This document shows positions 10,330-23,630 of a stretch of 64,000 nt of DNA, piece by piece; position 1 is the stretch's first letter, and each line of letters begins with the position of its first letter. This stretch comes from Eledone cirrhosa (Eukaryota), in contig OZ024742.1 of NCBI GenBank assembly GCA_964016885.1, positions 320,230,001 to 320,294,000 of the forward strand. The letters are read 5' to 3'. The translations under genes were made by a program, and so were the position numbers. The notes under the pieces are model-generated. The model did no database searches, had not been told where the DNA came from, and was given only the letters and a program-made list of their open reading frames with translations.

Positions 10330-13300
10330 TTTGTATGGTGAAGTCCCAGTCCACTGTTGTATGGTGAAGTCCCAGTCCACTGTTGTATGGTGAAGTCCTA
10401 GTCCAGTGTTGTATGGTGAAGTCCCAGTCCACTGTTGTATGGTGAAGTCCCAGTCCAGTGTTGTATGGTGAAGTCCTAGTCCACTGGTGTATGGTGAAGT
10501 CCCAGTCCACTGTTGTATGGTGAAGTCCTAGTCCAGTGTTGTATGGTGAAGTCCCAGTCCACTGGTGTATGGTGAAGTCCTAGTCCAGTGTTGTATGGTG
10601 AAGTCCTAGTCCACTGTTGTATGGTGAAGTCCCAGTCCACTGTTGTATGGTGAAGTCCCAGTCCAGTGTTGTATGGTGAAGTCCTAGTCCACTGGTGTAT
10701 GGTGAAGTCCCAGTCCACTGTTGTATGGTGAAGTCCCAGTCCACTGTTGTATGGTGAAGTCCTAGTCCAGTGTTGTATGGTGAAGTCCTAGTCCTGTGTT
10801 GTATGGTGAAGTCCCAGTCCTGTGTTGTATGGTGAAGTCCCAGTCCACTGTTGTATGGTGAAGTCCTAGTCCAGTGTTGTATGGTGAAGTCCTAGTCCTG
10901 TGTTGTATGGTGAAGTCCTAGTACTGTGTTGTATGGTGAAGTCCTAGTCCTGTGTTGTATGGTGAAGTCCTAGTACTGTGTTGTATGGTGAAGTCCTAGT
11001 CCTGTGTTGTATGGTGAAGTCCTAGTCCTGTGTTGTATGGTGAAGTCCCAGTCCTGTGTTGTATGGTGAAGTCCCAGTCCTGTGTTGTATGGTGAAGTCC
11101 TAGTCCTGTGTTGTATGGTGAAGTCCCAGTCCAGTGTTGTATGGTGAAGTCCTAGTCCTGTGTTGTATGGTGAAGTCCTAGTCCTGTGTTGTATGGTGAA
11201 GTCCTAGTCCTGTGTTGTATGGTGAAGTCCCAGTCCTGTGTTGTATGGTGAAGTCCTAGTCCTGTGTTGTATGGTGAAGTCCTAGTCCTGTGTTGTATGG
11301 TGAAGTCCTAGTCCTGTGTTGTATGGTGAAGTCCCAGTCCTGTGTTGTATGGTGAAGTCCTAGTCCTGTGTTGTATGGTGAAGTCCCAGTCCTGTGTTGT
11401 ATGGTGAAGTCCCAGTCCTGTGTTGTATGGTGAAGTCCTAGTCCAGTGTTGTATGGTGAAGTCCTAGTCCTGTGTTGTATGGTGAAGTCCTAGTCCAGTG
11501 TTGTATGGTGAAGTCCTAGTCCAGTGTTGTATGGTGAAGTCCCAGTCCACTGTTGTATGGTGAAGTCCCAGTCCAGTGTTGTATGGTGAAGTCCTAGTCC
11601 TGTGTTGTATGGTGAAGTCCTAGTCCTGTGTTGTATGGTGAAGTCCCAGTCCTGTGTTGTATGGTGAAGTCCTAGTCCAGTGTTGTATGGTGAAGTCCCA
11701 GTCCACTGTTGTATGGTGAAGTCCCAGTCCAGTGTTGTATGGTGAAGTCCTAGTCCTGTGTTGTATGGTGAAGTCCTAGTACTGTGTTGTATGGGGAAGT
11801 CCTAGTCCTGTGTTGTATGGTGAAGTCCTAGTCCTGTGTTGTATGGTGAAGTCCCAATCCTGTGTTGTATGGTGAAGTCCCAGTCCAGTGTTGTATGGTG
11901 AAGTCCCAGTCCACTGTTGTATGGTGAAGTCCCAGTCCTGTGTTGTATGGTGAAGTCCCAGTCCAGTGTTGTATGGTGAAGTCCCAGTCCTGTGTTGTAT
12001 GGTGAAGTCCTAGTCCTGTGTTGTATGGTGAAGTCCTAGTCCTGTGTTGTATGGTGAAGTCCCAGTCCTGTGTTGTATGGTGAAGTCCCAGTCCTGTGTT
12101 GTATGGTGAAGTCGCAGTCCACTGTTGTATGGGTGAAGTCCCAGTCCAGTGTTGTATGGTGAAGTCCTAGTCCTGTGTTGTATGGTGAAGTCCTAGTACT
12201 GTGTTGTATGGTGAAGTCCTAGTCCTGTGTTGTATGGTGAAGTCCTAGTCCTGTGTTGTATGGTGAAGTCCCAGTCCACTGTTGTATGGGTGAAGTCCCA
12301 GTCCAGTGTTGTATGGTGAAGTCCTAGTCCTGTGTTGTATGGTGAAGTCCTAGTACTGTGTTGTATGGTGAAGTCCTAGTCCTGTGTTGTATGGTGAAGT
12401 CCTAGTACTGTGTTGTATGGTGAAGTCCTAGTCCTGTGTTGTATGGTGAAGTCCTAGTCCTGTGTTGTATGGTGAAGTCCCAGTCCTGTGTTGTATGGTG
12501 AAGTCCTAGTCCAGTGTTGTATGGTGAAGTCCTAGTCCTGTGTTGTATGGTGAAGTCCTAGTCCTGTGTTGTATGGTGAAGTCCTAGTCCTGTGTTGTAT
12601 GGTGAAGTCCTAGTCCTGTGTTGTATGGTGAAGTCCTAGTCCTGTGTTGTATGGTGAAGTCCTAGTCCTGTGTTGTATGGTGAAGTCCTAGTCCAGTGTT
12701 GTATGGTGAAGTCCTAGTCCTGTGTTGTATTGTGAAGTCCTAGTCCAGTGTTGTATGGTGAAGTCCTAGTCCTGTGTTGTATGGGGAAGTCCTAGTCCTG
12801 TGTTGTATGGTGAAGTCCCAGTCCAGTGTTGTATGGTGAAGTCCTAGTCCTGTGTTGTATGGTGAAGTCCTAGTCCTGTGTTGTATGGGGAAGTCCTAGT
12901 CCTGTGTTGTATTGTGAAGTCCTAGTCCAGTGTTGTATGGTGAAGTCCTAGTCCTGTGTTGTATGGTGAAGTCCTAGTCCTGTGTTGTATGGGGAAGTCC
13001 TAGTCCTGTGTTGTACTGTGAAGTCCTAGTCCAGTGTTGTATGGTGAAGTCCTAGTCCTGTGTTGTATGGTGAAGTCCTAGTCCTGTGTTGTATGGGGAA
13101 GTCCTAGTCCTGTGTTGTATGGTGAAGTCCCAGTCCAGTGTTGTATGGTGAAGTCCTAGTCCTGTGTTGTATGGTGAAGTCCTAGTCCTGTGTTGTATTG
13201 TGAAGTCCTATTCCTGTGTTGTATTGTGAAGTCCTAGTCCAGTGTTGTATGGTGAAGTCCTAGTCCTGTGTTGTAAGGTGAAGTCCTAGTACTGTGTTGT

Positions 13301-16300
13301 ATGGTGAAGTCCTAGTCCTGTGTTGTATCGTGAAGTCCCAGTCCTGTGTTGTATGGGGAAGTCCTAGTCCTGTGTTGTATGGTGAAGTCCTAGTCCTGTG
13401 TTGTATGGTGAAGTCCTAGTCCTGTGTTGTATGGTGAAGTCCTAGTCCTGTGTTGTATTGTGAAGTCCTAGTCCAGTGTTGTATGGTGAAGTCCTAGTCC
13501 TGTGTTGTATGGTGAAGTCCTAGTCCTGTGTTGTATGGGGAAGTCCTAGTCCTGTGTTGTATGGTGAAGTCCCAGTCCTGTGTTGTATGGTGAAGTCCTA
13601 GTCCTGTGTTGTATGGTGAAGTCATAGTCCTGTGTTGTATGGTGAAGTTCCAGTCCAGTGTTGTATGGTGAAGTCCCAGTCCAGTGTTGTATGGTGAAGT
13701 CCTAGTCCTGTGTTGTATGGTGAAGTCCTAGTCCTGTGTTGTATTGTGAAGTCCTAGTCCAGTGTTGTATGGTGAAGTCCTAGTCCTGTGTTGTATGGTG
13801 AAGTCCTAGTCCTGTGTTGTATGGGGAAGTCCTAGTCCTGTGTTGTATTGCGAAGTCCTAGTCCAGTGTTGTATGGTGAAGTCCTAGTCCTGTGTTGTAT
13901 GGTGAAGTCCTAGTCCTGTGTTGTATGGGGAAGTCCTAGTCCTGTGTTGTATGGTGAAGTCCCAATCCAGTGTTGTATGGTGAAGTCCCAGTCCAGTGTT
14001 GTATTGTGAAGTCCTAGTCCAGTGTTGTATGGTGAAGTCCCAGTCCAGTGTTGTATGGTGAAGTCCTAGTCCTGTGTTGTATGGTGAAGTCCTAGTCCTG
14101 TGTTGTATGGTGAAGTCCCAGTCCACTGTTGTATGGGTGAAGTCCCAGTCCAGTGTTGTATGGTGAAGTCCTAGTCCTGTGTTGTATGGTGAAGTCCTAG
14201 TACTGTGTTGTATGGTGAAGTCCTAGTCCTGTGTTGTATGGTGAAGTCCTAGTACTGTGTTGTATGGTGAAGTCCTAGTCCTGTGTTGTATGGTGAAGTC
14301 CTAGTCCTGTGTTGTATGGTGAAGTCCCAGTCCTGTGTTGTATGGTGAAGTCCTAGTCCAGTGTTGTATGGTGAAGTCCTAGTCCTGTGTTGTATGGTGA
14401 AGTCCTAGTCCTGTGTTGTATGGTGAAGTCCTAGTCCTGTGTTGTATGGTGAAGTCCTAGTCCTGTGTTGTATGGTGAAGTCCTAGTCCTGTGTTGTATG
14501 GTGAAGTCCTAGTCCTGTGTTGTATGGTGAAGTCCTAGTCCAGTGTTGTATGGTGAAGTCCTAGTCCTGTGTTGTATTGTGAAGTCCTAGTCCAGTGTTG
14601 TATGGTGAAGTCCTAGTCCTGTGTTGTATGGGGAAGTCCTAGTCCTGTGTTGTATGGTGAAGTCCCAGTCCAGTGTTGTATGGTGAAGTCCTAGTCCTGT
14701 GTTGTATGGTGAAGTCCTAGTCCTGTGTTGTATGGGGAAGTCCTAGTCCTGTGTTGTATTGTGAAGTCCTAGTCCAGTGTTGTATGGTGAAGTCCTAGTC
14801 CTGTGTTGTATGGTGAAGTCCTAGTCCTGTGTTGTATGGGGAAGTCCTAGTCCTGTGTTGTACTGTGAAGTCCTAGTCCAGTGTTGTATGGTGAAGTCCT
14901 AGTCCTGTGTTGTATGGTGAAGTCCTAGTCCTGTGTTGTATGGGGAAGTCCTAGTCCTGTGTTGTATGGTGAAGTCCCAGTCCAGTGTTGTATGGTGAAG
15001 TCCTAGTCCTGTGTTGTATGGTGAAGTCCTAGTCCTGTGTTGTATTGTGAAGTCCTATTCCTGTGTTGTATTGTGAAGTCCTAGTCCAGTGTTGTATGGT
15101 GAAGTCCTAGTCCTGTGTTGTAAGGTGAAGTCCTAGTACTGTGTTGTATGGTGAAGTCCTAGTCCTGTGTTGTATCGTGAAGTCCCAGTCCTGTGTTGTA
15201 TGGGGAAGTCCTAGTCCTGTGTTGTATGGTGAAGTCCTAGTCCTGTGTTGTATGGTGAAGTCCTAGTCCTGTGTTGTATGGTGAAGTCCTAGTCCTGTGT
15301 TGTATTGTGAAGTCCTAGTCCAGTGTTGTATGGTGAAGTCCTAGTCCTGTGTTGTATGGTGAAGTCCTAGTCCTGTGTTGTATGGGGAAGTCCTAGTCCT
15401 GTGTTGTATGGTGAAGTCCCAGTCCTGTGTTGTATGGTGAAGTCCTAGTCCTGTGTTGTATGGTGAAGTCATAGTCCTGTGTTGTATGGTGAAGTTCCAG
15501 TCCAGTGTTGTATGGTGAAGTCCCAGTCCAGTGTTGTATGGTGAAGTCCTAGTCCTGTGTTGTATGGTGAAGTCCTAGTCCTGTGTTGTATTGTGAAGTC
15601 CTAGTCCAGTGTTGTATGGTGAAGTCCTAGTCCTGTGTTGTATGGTGAAGTCCTAGTCCTGTGTTGTATGGGGAAGTCCTAGTCCTGTGTTGTATTGCGA
15701 AGTCCTAGTCCAGTGTTGTATGGTGAAGTCCTAGTCCTGTGTTGTATGGTGAAGTCCTAGTCCTGTGTTGTATGGGGAAGTCCTAGTCCTGTGTTGTATG
15801 GTGAAGTCCCAATCCAGTGTTGTATGGTGAAGTCCCAGTCCAGTGTTGTATTGTGAAGTCCTAGTCCAGTGTTGTATGGTGAAGTCCCAGTCCAGTGTTG
15901 TATGGTGAAGTCCTAGTCCTGTGTTGTATGGTGAAGTCCTAGTCCTGTGTTGTATTGTGAAGTCCTAGTCCAGTGTTGTATGGTGAAGTCCTAGTCCTGT
16001 GTTGTATGGTGAAGTCCTAGTCCTGTGTTGTATGGGGAAGTCCTAGTCCTGTGTTGTATTGCGAAGTCCTAGTCCAGTGTTGTATGGTGAAGTCCTAGTC
16101 CTGTGTTGTATGGTGAAGTCCTAGTCCTGTGTTGTATGGGGAAGTCCTAGTCCTGTGTTGTATGGTGAAGTCCCAATCCAGTGTTGTATGGTGAAGTCCC
16201 AGTCCAGTGTTGTATTGTGAAGTCCTAGTCCAGTGTTGTATTGTGAAGTCCTAGTCCAGTGTTGTATTGTGAAGTCCTAGTCCAGTGTTGTATGGTGAAG

Positions 16301-19300
16301 TCCTAGTACTGTGTTGTATGGTGAAGTCCTAGTCCTGTGTTGTATGGTGAAGTCCTAGTCCTGTGTTGTATGGTGAAGTCCCAATCCAGTGTTGTATGGT
16401 GAAGTCCCAGTCCAGTGTTGTATTGTGAAGTCCTAGTCCTGTGTTGTATTGTGAAGTCCTAGTCCAGTGTTGTATGGTGAAGTCCTAGTCCTGTGTTGTA
16501 TGGTGAAGTCCTAGTCCTGTGTTGTATGGGGAAGTCCTAGTCCTGTGTTGTATTGCGAAGTCCTAGTCCAGTGTTGTATGGTGAAGTCCTAGTCCTGTGT
16601 TGTATGGTGAAGTCCTAGTCCTGTGTTGTATGGGGAAGTCCTAGTCCTGTGTTGTATGGTGAAGTCCCAATCCAGTGTTGTATGGTGAAGTCCCAGTCCA
16701 GTGTTGTATTGTGAAGTCCTAGTCCAGTGTTGTATTGTGAAGTCCTAGTCCAGTGTTGTATTGTGAAATCCTAGTCCAGTGTTGTATGGTGAAGTCCTAG
16801 TACTGTGTTGTATGGTGAAGTCCTAGTCCTGTGTTGTATGGTGAAGTCCTAGTCCTGTGTTGTATGGTGAAGTCCTAGTCCTGTGTTGTATGGTGAAGTC
16901 CTAGTCCTGTGTTGTATGGTGAAGTCCTAGTCCTGTGTTGTATGGTGAAGTCCCAGTCCAGTGTTGTATGGTGAAGTCCTAGTCCTGTGTTGTATGGTGA
17001 AGTCCTAGTCCTGTGTTGTATGGTGAAGTCCTAGTCCTGTGTTGTATGGTGAAGTCCCAGTCCAGTGTTGTATGGTGAAGTCCTAGTCCTGTGTTGTATG
17101 GTGAAGTCCTAGTCCTGTGTTGTATGGTGAAGTCCCAGTCCAGTGTTGTATGGTGCAGTCCTAGTCCTGTGTTGTATGGTGAAGTCCTAGTCCTGTGTTG
17201 TATGGTGAAGTCCCAGTCCTGTGTCGTATGGTGAAGTCCTAGTCCTGTGTTGTATGGTGAAGTCCCAGTCCTGTGTTGTGTGGTGAAGTCCCAGTCCTGT
17301 GTTGTATGGTGAAGTCCCAGTCCTGTGTTGTATGGTGAAGTCCTAGTCCAGTGTTGTATCGTGAAGTCCCAGTCCTGTGTTGTATGGTGAAGTCCCAGTC
17401 CTGTGTTGTATGGTGAAGTCCTAGTCCAGTGTTGTATGGTGAAGTCCTAGTCCAGTGCTGTATGGTGAAGTCCCAGTCCTGTGTTGTATGGTGAAGTCCC
17501 AGTCCTGTGTTGTGTGGTGATGTCCCAGTCCTGTGTTGTATGGTGAAGTCCCAGTCCTGTGTCGTATGGTGAAGTCCTAGTCCAGTGTTGTATGGTGAAG
17601 TCCTAGTCCAGTCTTGTATGGTGAAGTCCTAGTCCTGTGTTGTATGGTGAAGTCCTAGTCCTGTGTTGTATGGTGAAGTCCTAGTCCTGTGTTGTATGGT
17701 GAAGTCCTAGTACTGTGTTGTATGGTGAAGTCCTAGTACTGTGTTGTATGGGGAAGTCCTAGTCCTGTGTTGTATGGTGAAGTCCTAGTACTGTGTTGTA
17801 TGGTGAAGTCCTAGTCCTGTGTTGTATGGTGAAGTCCTAGTCCTGTGTTGTATGGTGAAGTCCTAGTCCTGTGTTGTATGGTGAAGTCCTAGTACTGTGT
17901 TGTATGGTGAAGTCCTAGTACTGTGTTGTATGGGGAAGTCCTAGTCCTGTGTTGTATGGTGAAGTCCTAGTACTGTGTTGTATGGTGAAGTCCTAGTCCT
18001 GTGTTGTATGGTGAAGTCCTAGTCCTGTGTTGTATGGTGAAGTCCTAGTACTGTGTTGTATGGTGAAGTCCTAGTACTGTGTTGTATGGGGAAGTCCTAG
18101 TCCTGTGTTGTATGGTGAAGTCCTAGTCCTGTGTTGTATGGTGAAGTCCTAGTCCTGTGTTGTATGGTGAAGTCCTAGTACTGTGTTGTATGGTGAAGTC
18201 CTAGTACTGTGTTGTATGGGGAAGTCCTAGTCCTGTGTTGTATGGTTAAGTCCCAGTCCAGTGTTGTATGGTGAAGTCCTAGTCCAGTGTTGTATGGTGA
18301 AGTCCTAGTCCAGTGTTGTATGGTGAAGTCCCAGTCCAGTGTTGTATGGTGAAGTCCCAGTCCTGTGTTGTATGGTGAAGTCCTAGTCCTGTGTTGTATG
18401 GTGAAGTCCTAGTCCTGTGATGTATGGTGAAGTCCTAGTCCTGTGTTGTATGGTGAAGTCCTAGTCCTGTGTTGTATTGTGAAGTCCTAGTCCAGTGTTG
18501 TATGGTGAAGTCCTAGTCCTGTGTTGTATGGTGAAGTCCTAGTCCTGTGTTGTATTGTGAAGTCCTAGTCCAGTGTTGTATGGTGAAGTCCTAGTCCTGT
18601 GTTGTATGGGGAAGTCCTAGTCCTGTGTTGTATGGTGAAGTCCCAGTCCAGTGTTGTATGGTGAAGTCCTAGTCCTGTGTTGTATGGTGAAGTCCTAGTC
18701 CTGTGTTGTATTGTGAAGTCCTAGTCCTGTGTTGTATTGTGAAGTCCTAGTCCAGTGTTGTATGGTGAAGTCCTAGTCCTGTGTTGTAAGGTGAAGTCCT
18801 AGTACTGTGTTGTATGGTGAAGTCCTAGTCCTGTGTTCTATCGTGAAGTCCCAGTCCTGTGTTGTATGGGGAAGTCCTAGTCCTGTGTTGTATGGTGAAG
18901 TCCTAGTCCTGTGTTGTATGGTGAAGTCCTAGTCCTGTGTTGTATGGTGAAGTCCTAGTCCTGTGTTGTATTGTGAAGTCCTAGTCCAGTGTTATATGGT
19001 GAAGTCCTAGTCCTGTGTTGTATGGTGAAGTCCTAGTCCTGTGTTGTATGGGGAAGTCCTAGTCCTGTGTTGTATGGTGAAGTCCCAGTCCTGTGTTGTA
19101 TGGTGAATTCCTAGTCCTGTGTTGTATGGTGAAGTCATAGTCCTGTGTTGTATGGTGAAGTTCCAGTCCAGTGTTGTATGGTGAAGTCCCAGTCCAGTGT
19201 TGTATGGTGAAGTCCTAGTCCTGTGTTGTATGGTGAAGTCCTAGTCCTGTGTTGTATTGTGAAGTCCTAGTCCAGTGTTGTATGGTGAAGTCCTAGTCCT

Positions 19301-22300
19301 GTGTTGTATGGTGAAGTCCTAGTCCTGTGTTGTATGGGGATGTCCTAGTCCTGTGTTGTATTGCGAAGTCCTAGTCCAGTGTTGTATGGTGAAGTCCTAG
19401 TCCTGTGTTGTATGGTGAAGTCCTAGTCCTGTGTTGTATGGGGAAGTCCTAGTCCTGTGTTGTATGGTGAAGTCCCAATCCAGTGTTGTATGGTGAAGTC
19501 CCAGTCCAGTGTTGTATTGTGAAGTCCTAGTCCAGTGTTGTATTGTGAAGTCCTAGTCCAGTGTTGTATTGTGAAGTCCTAGTCCAGTGTTGTATGGTGA
19601 AGTCCTAGTACTGTGTTGTATGGTGAAGTCCTAGTCCTGTGTTGTATGGTGAAGTCCTAGTCCTGTGTTGTATGGTGAAGTCCTAGTCCTGTGTTGTATG
19701 GTGAAGTCCTAGTCCTGTGTTGTATGGTGAAGTCCTAGTCCTGTGTTGTATGGTGAAGTCCCAGTCCAGTGTTGTATGGTGAAGTCCTAGTCCTGTGTTG
19801 TATGGTGAAGTCCTAGTCCTGTGTTGTATGGTGAAGTCCTAGTCCTGTGTTGTATGGTGAAGTCCCAGTCCAGTGTTGTATGGTGAAGTCCTAGTCCTGT
19901 GTTGTATGGTGAAGTCCTAGTCCTGTGTTGTATGGTGAAGTCCCAGTCCAGTGTTGTATGGTGCAGTCCTAGTCCTGTGTTGTATGGTGAAGTCCTAGTC
20001 CTGTGTTGTATGGTGAAGTCCCAGTCCTGTGTTGTATGGTGAAGTCCTAGTCCTGTGTTGTATGGTGAAGTCCCAGTCCTGTGTTGTGTGGTGAAGTCCC
20101 AGTCCTGTGTTGTATGGTGAAGTCCCAGTCCTGTGTTGTATGGTGAAGTCCTAGTCCAGTGTTGTATCGTGAAGTCCCAGTCCTGTGTTGTATGGTGAAG
20201 TCCCAGTCCTGTGTTGTATGGTGAAGTCCTAGTCCAGTGTTGTATGGTGAAGTCCTAGTCCAGTGCTGTATGGTGAAGTCCCTGTCCTGTGTTGTATGGT
20301 GAAGTCCCAGTCCTGTGTTGTGTGGTGAAGTCCCAGTCCTGTGTTGTATGGTGAAGTCCCAGTCCTGTGTTGTATGGTGAAGTCCTAGTCCTGTGTTGTA
20401 TGGTGAAGTCCTAGTACTGTGTTGTATGGTGAAGTCCTAGTCCTGTGTTGTATGGTGAAGTCCTAGTCCTGTGTTGTATGGTGAAGTCCTAGTACTGTGT
20501 TGTATGGTGAAGTCCTAGTACTGTGTTGTATGGGGAAGTCCTAGTCCTGTGTTGTATGGTGAAGTCCTAGTCCTGTGTTGTATGGTGAAGTCCTAGTCCT
20601 GTGTTGTATGGTGAAGTCCTAGTACTGTGTTGTATGGTGAAGTCCTAGTACTGTGTTGTATGGGGAAGTCCTAGTCCTGTGTTGTATGGTGAAGTCCCAG
20701 TCCAGTGTTGTATGGTGAAGTCCTAGTCCAGTGTTGTATGGTGAAGTCCTAGTCCAGTGTTGTATGGTGAAGTCCCAGTCCAGTGTTGTATGGGGAAGTC
20801 CCAGTCCTGTGTTGTATGGTGAAGTCCTAGTCCTGTGTTGTATGGTGAAGTCCTAGTCCTGTGATGTATGGTGAAGTCCTAGTCCTGTGTTGTATGGTGA
20901 AGTCCTAGTCCTGTGTTGTATTGTGAAGTCCTAGTCCAGTGTTGTATGGTGAAGTCCTAGTCCTGTGTTGTATGGGGAAGTCCTAGTCCTGTGTTGTATT
21001 GTGAAGTCCTAGTCCAGTGTTGTATGGTGAAGTCCTAGTCCTGTGTTGTGTGGTGAAGTCCCAGTCCTGTGTTGTATGGTGAAGTCCTGGTCCTGTGTTG
21101 TATGGTGAAGTCCTAGTCCTGTGTTGTATGATGAAGTCCTAGTCCTGTGTTGTATGGTGAAGTCCTAGTCCTGTGTTGTATGGTGAAGTCCTAGTACTGT
21201 GTTGTATGGTGAAGTCCTAGTACTGTGTTGTATGGGGAAGTCCTAGTCCTGTGTTGTATGGTGAAGTCCTAGTCCTGTGTTGTATGGTGAAGTCCTAGTC
21301 CTGTGTTGTATGGTGAAGTCCTAGTACTGTGTTGTATGGTGAAGTCCTAGTACTGTGTTGTATGGGGAAGTCCTAGTCCTGTGTTGTATGGTGAAGTCCC
21401 AGTCCAGTGTTGTATGGTGAAGTCCTAGTCCAGTGTTGTATGGTGAAGTCCTAGTCCAGTGTTGTATGGTGAAGTCCCAGTCCAGTGTTGTATGGTGAAG
21501 TCCCAGTCCTGTGTTGTATGGTGAAGTCCTAGTCCTGTGTTGTATGGTGAAGTCCTAGTCCTGTGATGTATGGTGAAGTCCTAGTCCTGTTTTGTATGGT
21601 GAAGTCCTCGTCCTGTGTTGTATTGTGAAGTCCTAGTCCAGTGTTGTATGGTGAAGTCCTAGTCCTGTGTTGTATGGGGAAGTCCTAGTCCTGTGTTGTA
21701 TTGTGAAGTCCTAGTCCAGTGTTGTATGGTGAAGTCCTAGTCCTGTGTTGTGTGGTGAAGTCCCAGTCCTGTGTTGTATGGTGAAGTCCTGGTCCTGTGT
21801 TGTATGGTGAAGTCCTAGTCCTGTGTTGTATGATGAAGTCCTAGTCCTGTGTTGTATGGTGAAGTCCTAGTCCTGTGTTGTATTGTGAAGTCCTAGTCCA
21901 GTGTTGTATGGTGAAGTCCTAGTCCTGTGTTGTATGGGGAAGTCCTAGTCCTGTGTTGTATTGTGAAGTCCTAGTCCAGTGTTGTATGGTGAAGTCCTAG
22001 TCCTGTGTTGTATAGTGAAGTCCTAGTCCAGTGTTGTATGGTGAAGTCCTAGTCCTGTGTTGTATGGGGAAGTCCTAGTCCTGTGTTGTATGGTGAAGTC
22101 CCAGTCCAGTGTTGTATGGTGAAGTCCTAGTCCTGTGTTGTATGGTGAAGTCCTAGTCCTGTGTTGTATGGGGAAGTCCTAGTCCTGTGTTGTATTGTGA
22201 AGTCCTAGTCCAGTGTTGTATGGTGAAGTCCTAGTCCTGTGTTGTATGGTGAAGTCCTAGTCCTGTGTTGTATTGTGAAGTCCTAGTCCAGTGTTGTATG

Positions 22301-22819
22301 GTGAAGTCCTAGTCCTGTGTTGTATGGTGAAGTCCTAGTCCTGTGATGTATGGTGAAGTCCTAGTCCTGTGTTGTATGGTGAAGTCCTAGTCCTGTGTTG
22401 TATTGTGAAGTCCTAGTCCAGTGTTGTATGGTGAAGTCCTAGTCCTGTGTTGTATGGTGAAGTCCCAGTCCAGTGTTGTATGGTGAAGTCCTAGTCCTGT
22501 GTTGTATGGTGAAGTCCTAGTCCTGTGTTGTATGGGGAAGTCCTAGTCCTGTGTTGTATTGTGAAGTCCTAGTCCAGTGTTGTATGGTGAAGTCCTAGTC
22601 CTGTGTTGTATGGTGAAGTCCTAGTCTTGTGTTGTATGGGGATGTCCTAGTCCTGTGTTGTATTGTGAAGTCCTAGTCCAGTGTTGTATGGTGAAGTCCT
22701 AGTCCTGTGTTGTATGGTGAAGTCCCAGTCCTGTGTTGTATGGTGAAGTCCCAGTCCAGTGTTGTATGGTGAAGTCCTAGTCCAGTGTTGTATGGTGAAG
22801 TCCCAGTCCTGTGTTGTAT
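10330..22819. repeat. 26-bp tandem satellite, ~480 copies, consensus TGTTGTATGGTGAAGTCCTAGTCCTG
   Basis: Direct 26-bp periodicity with few variant positions and higher-order duplications of 702, 1847 and 2808 bp. Confidence 0.98.
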
Positions 22820-23070
22820 AGGAATTCGGTCATTACTCACTCAGTGAACATTATGTTATGAAACACAACACGCATGAATGCATGTATGGTAGCATGTGTG
22901 GATGGGAGGTAGATTTAATTATCTTTATGTAATTCTTCTTTTAAAGTATGTACAGCCAGTTTTTTTTTTTCTTTTTTTTTTTTCGTATCGTTCAATCTTA
23001 GGGTTTTATATTTATTTTAAAAGTCGGCATTGAGTGATACTGAAATTTCAATATCATTATATGTGTAGGT

Positions 23071-23283
23071 TCGAGGGCGTTGGATTGGCAGTATCGGTAG
23101 AGGATGGGACGCCATGCTTTGCAGCATAGAGTCTTTTATGATCTGAGTTCAAATTCTGTCCAGGTTAATTTTGCCTTTCATCCTTACGGGGTCGATAAAA
23201 TAAAGTACAAGTCGCACACTAGGGTCGATTTAATCGACTTTCCCCTCCCCCCAAATTGCTGGCCTTGTGCCTATATAAGAAAC
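23071..23283 (+). mobile_element. tRNA-derived SINE (octopus-type family)
   Basis: B-box-like gagttcaaat, core ttgcctttcatccttacggggtcgataaaataaagtac, 16-bp TSD cattatatgtgtaggt. Confidence 0.85.
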
Positions 23284-23630
23284 CATTATATGTGTAGGTC
23301 TGTATTCATGTACTTTATATTTTCGTTAAGTTTCTTGCAAGAAGATGCCCCAAATAGTCTGTAACCCAGATTTCTTTGCTGATTTAATCCGGCATTAACG
23401 GCCAATGTTCCTTTGACTTTTCAGAGCCTTCGAGACCGATGTTATTTGCCTACAACAGAGTGAACTCCTATTAATGCAGGTCCTGAACAACCAATTGGTG
23501 GTATTAACTCTAAACACCCTGCAATAATTTAGCAGAAAATATCTAAAAACAGGCCTGTTAATTCAAATGTTTATATATCTTTGTTAATAGAGAGATTGAT
23601 ATGAAAGTTTGTAGGACTCAATAAAAGTTA

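Noticed and set aside
10330-22819. CRISPR-like array of 26-bp repeats
   Set aside because: Units are contiguous with no unique spacers, there are no cas genes, and the context is eukaryotic.
23417-23525. Exon candidate after ttgacttttcag (also 50322-50371 after tttttccag)
   Set aside because: Early stops in all frames, no recognisable domain; splice-like sites are common by chance.
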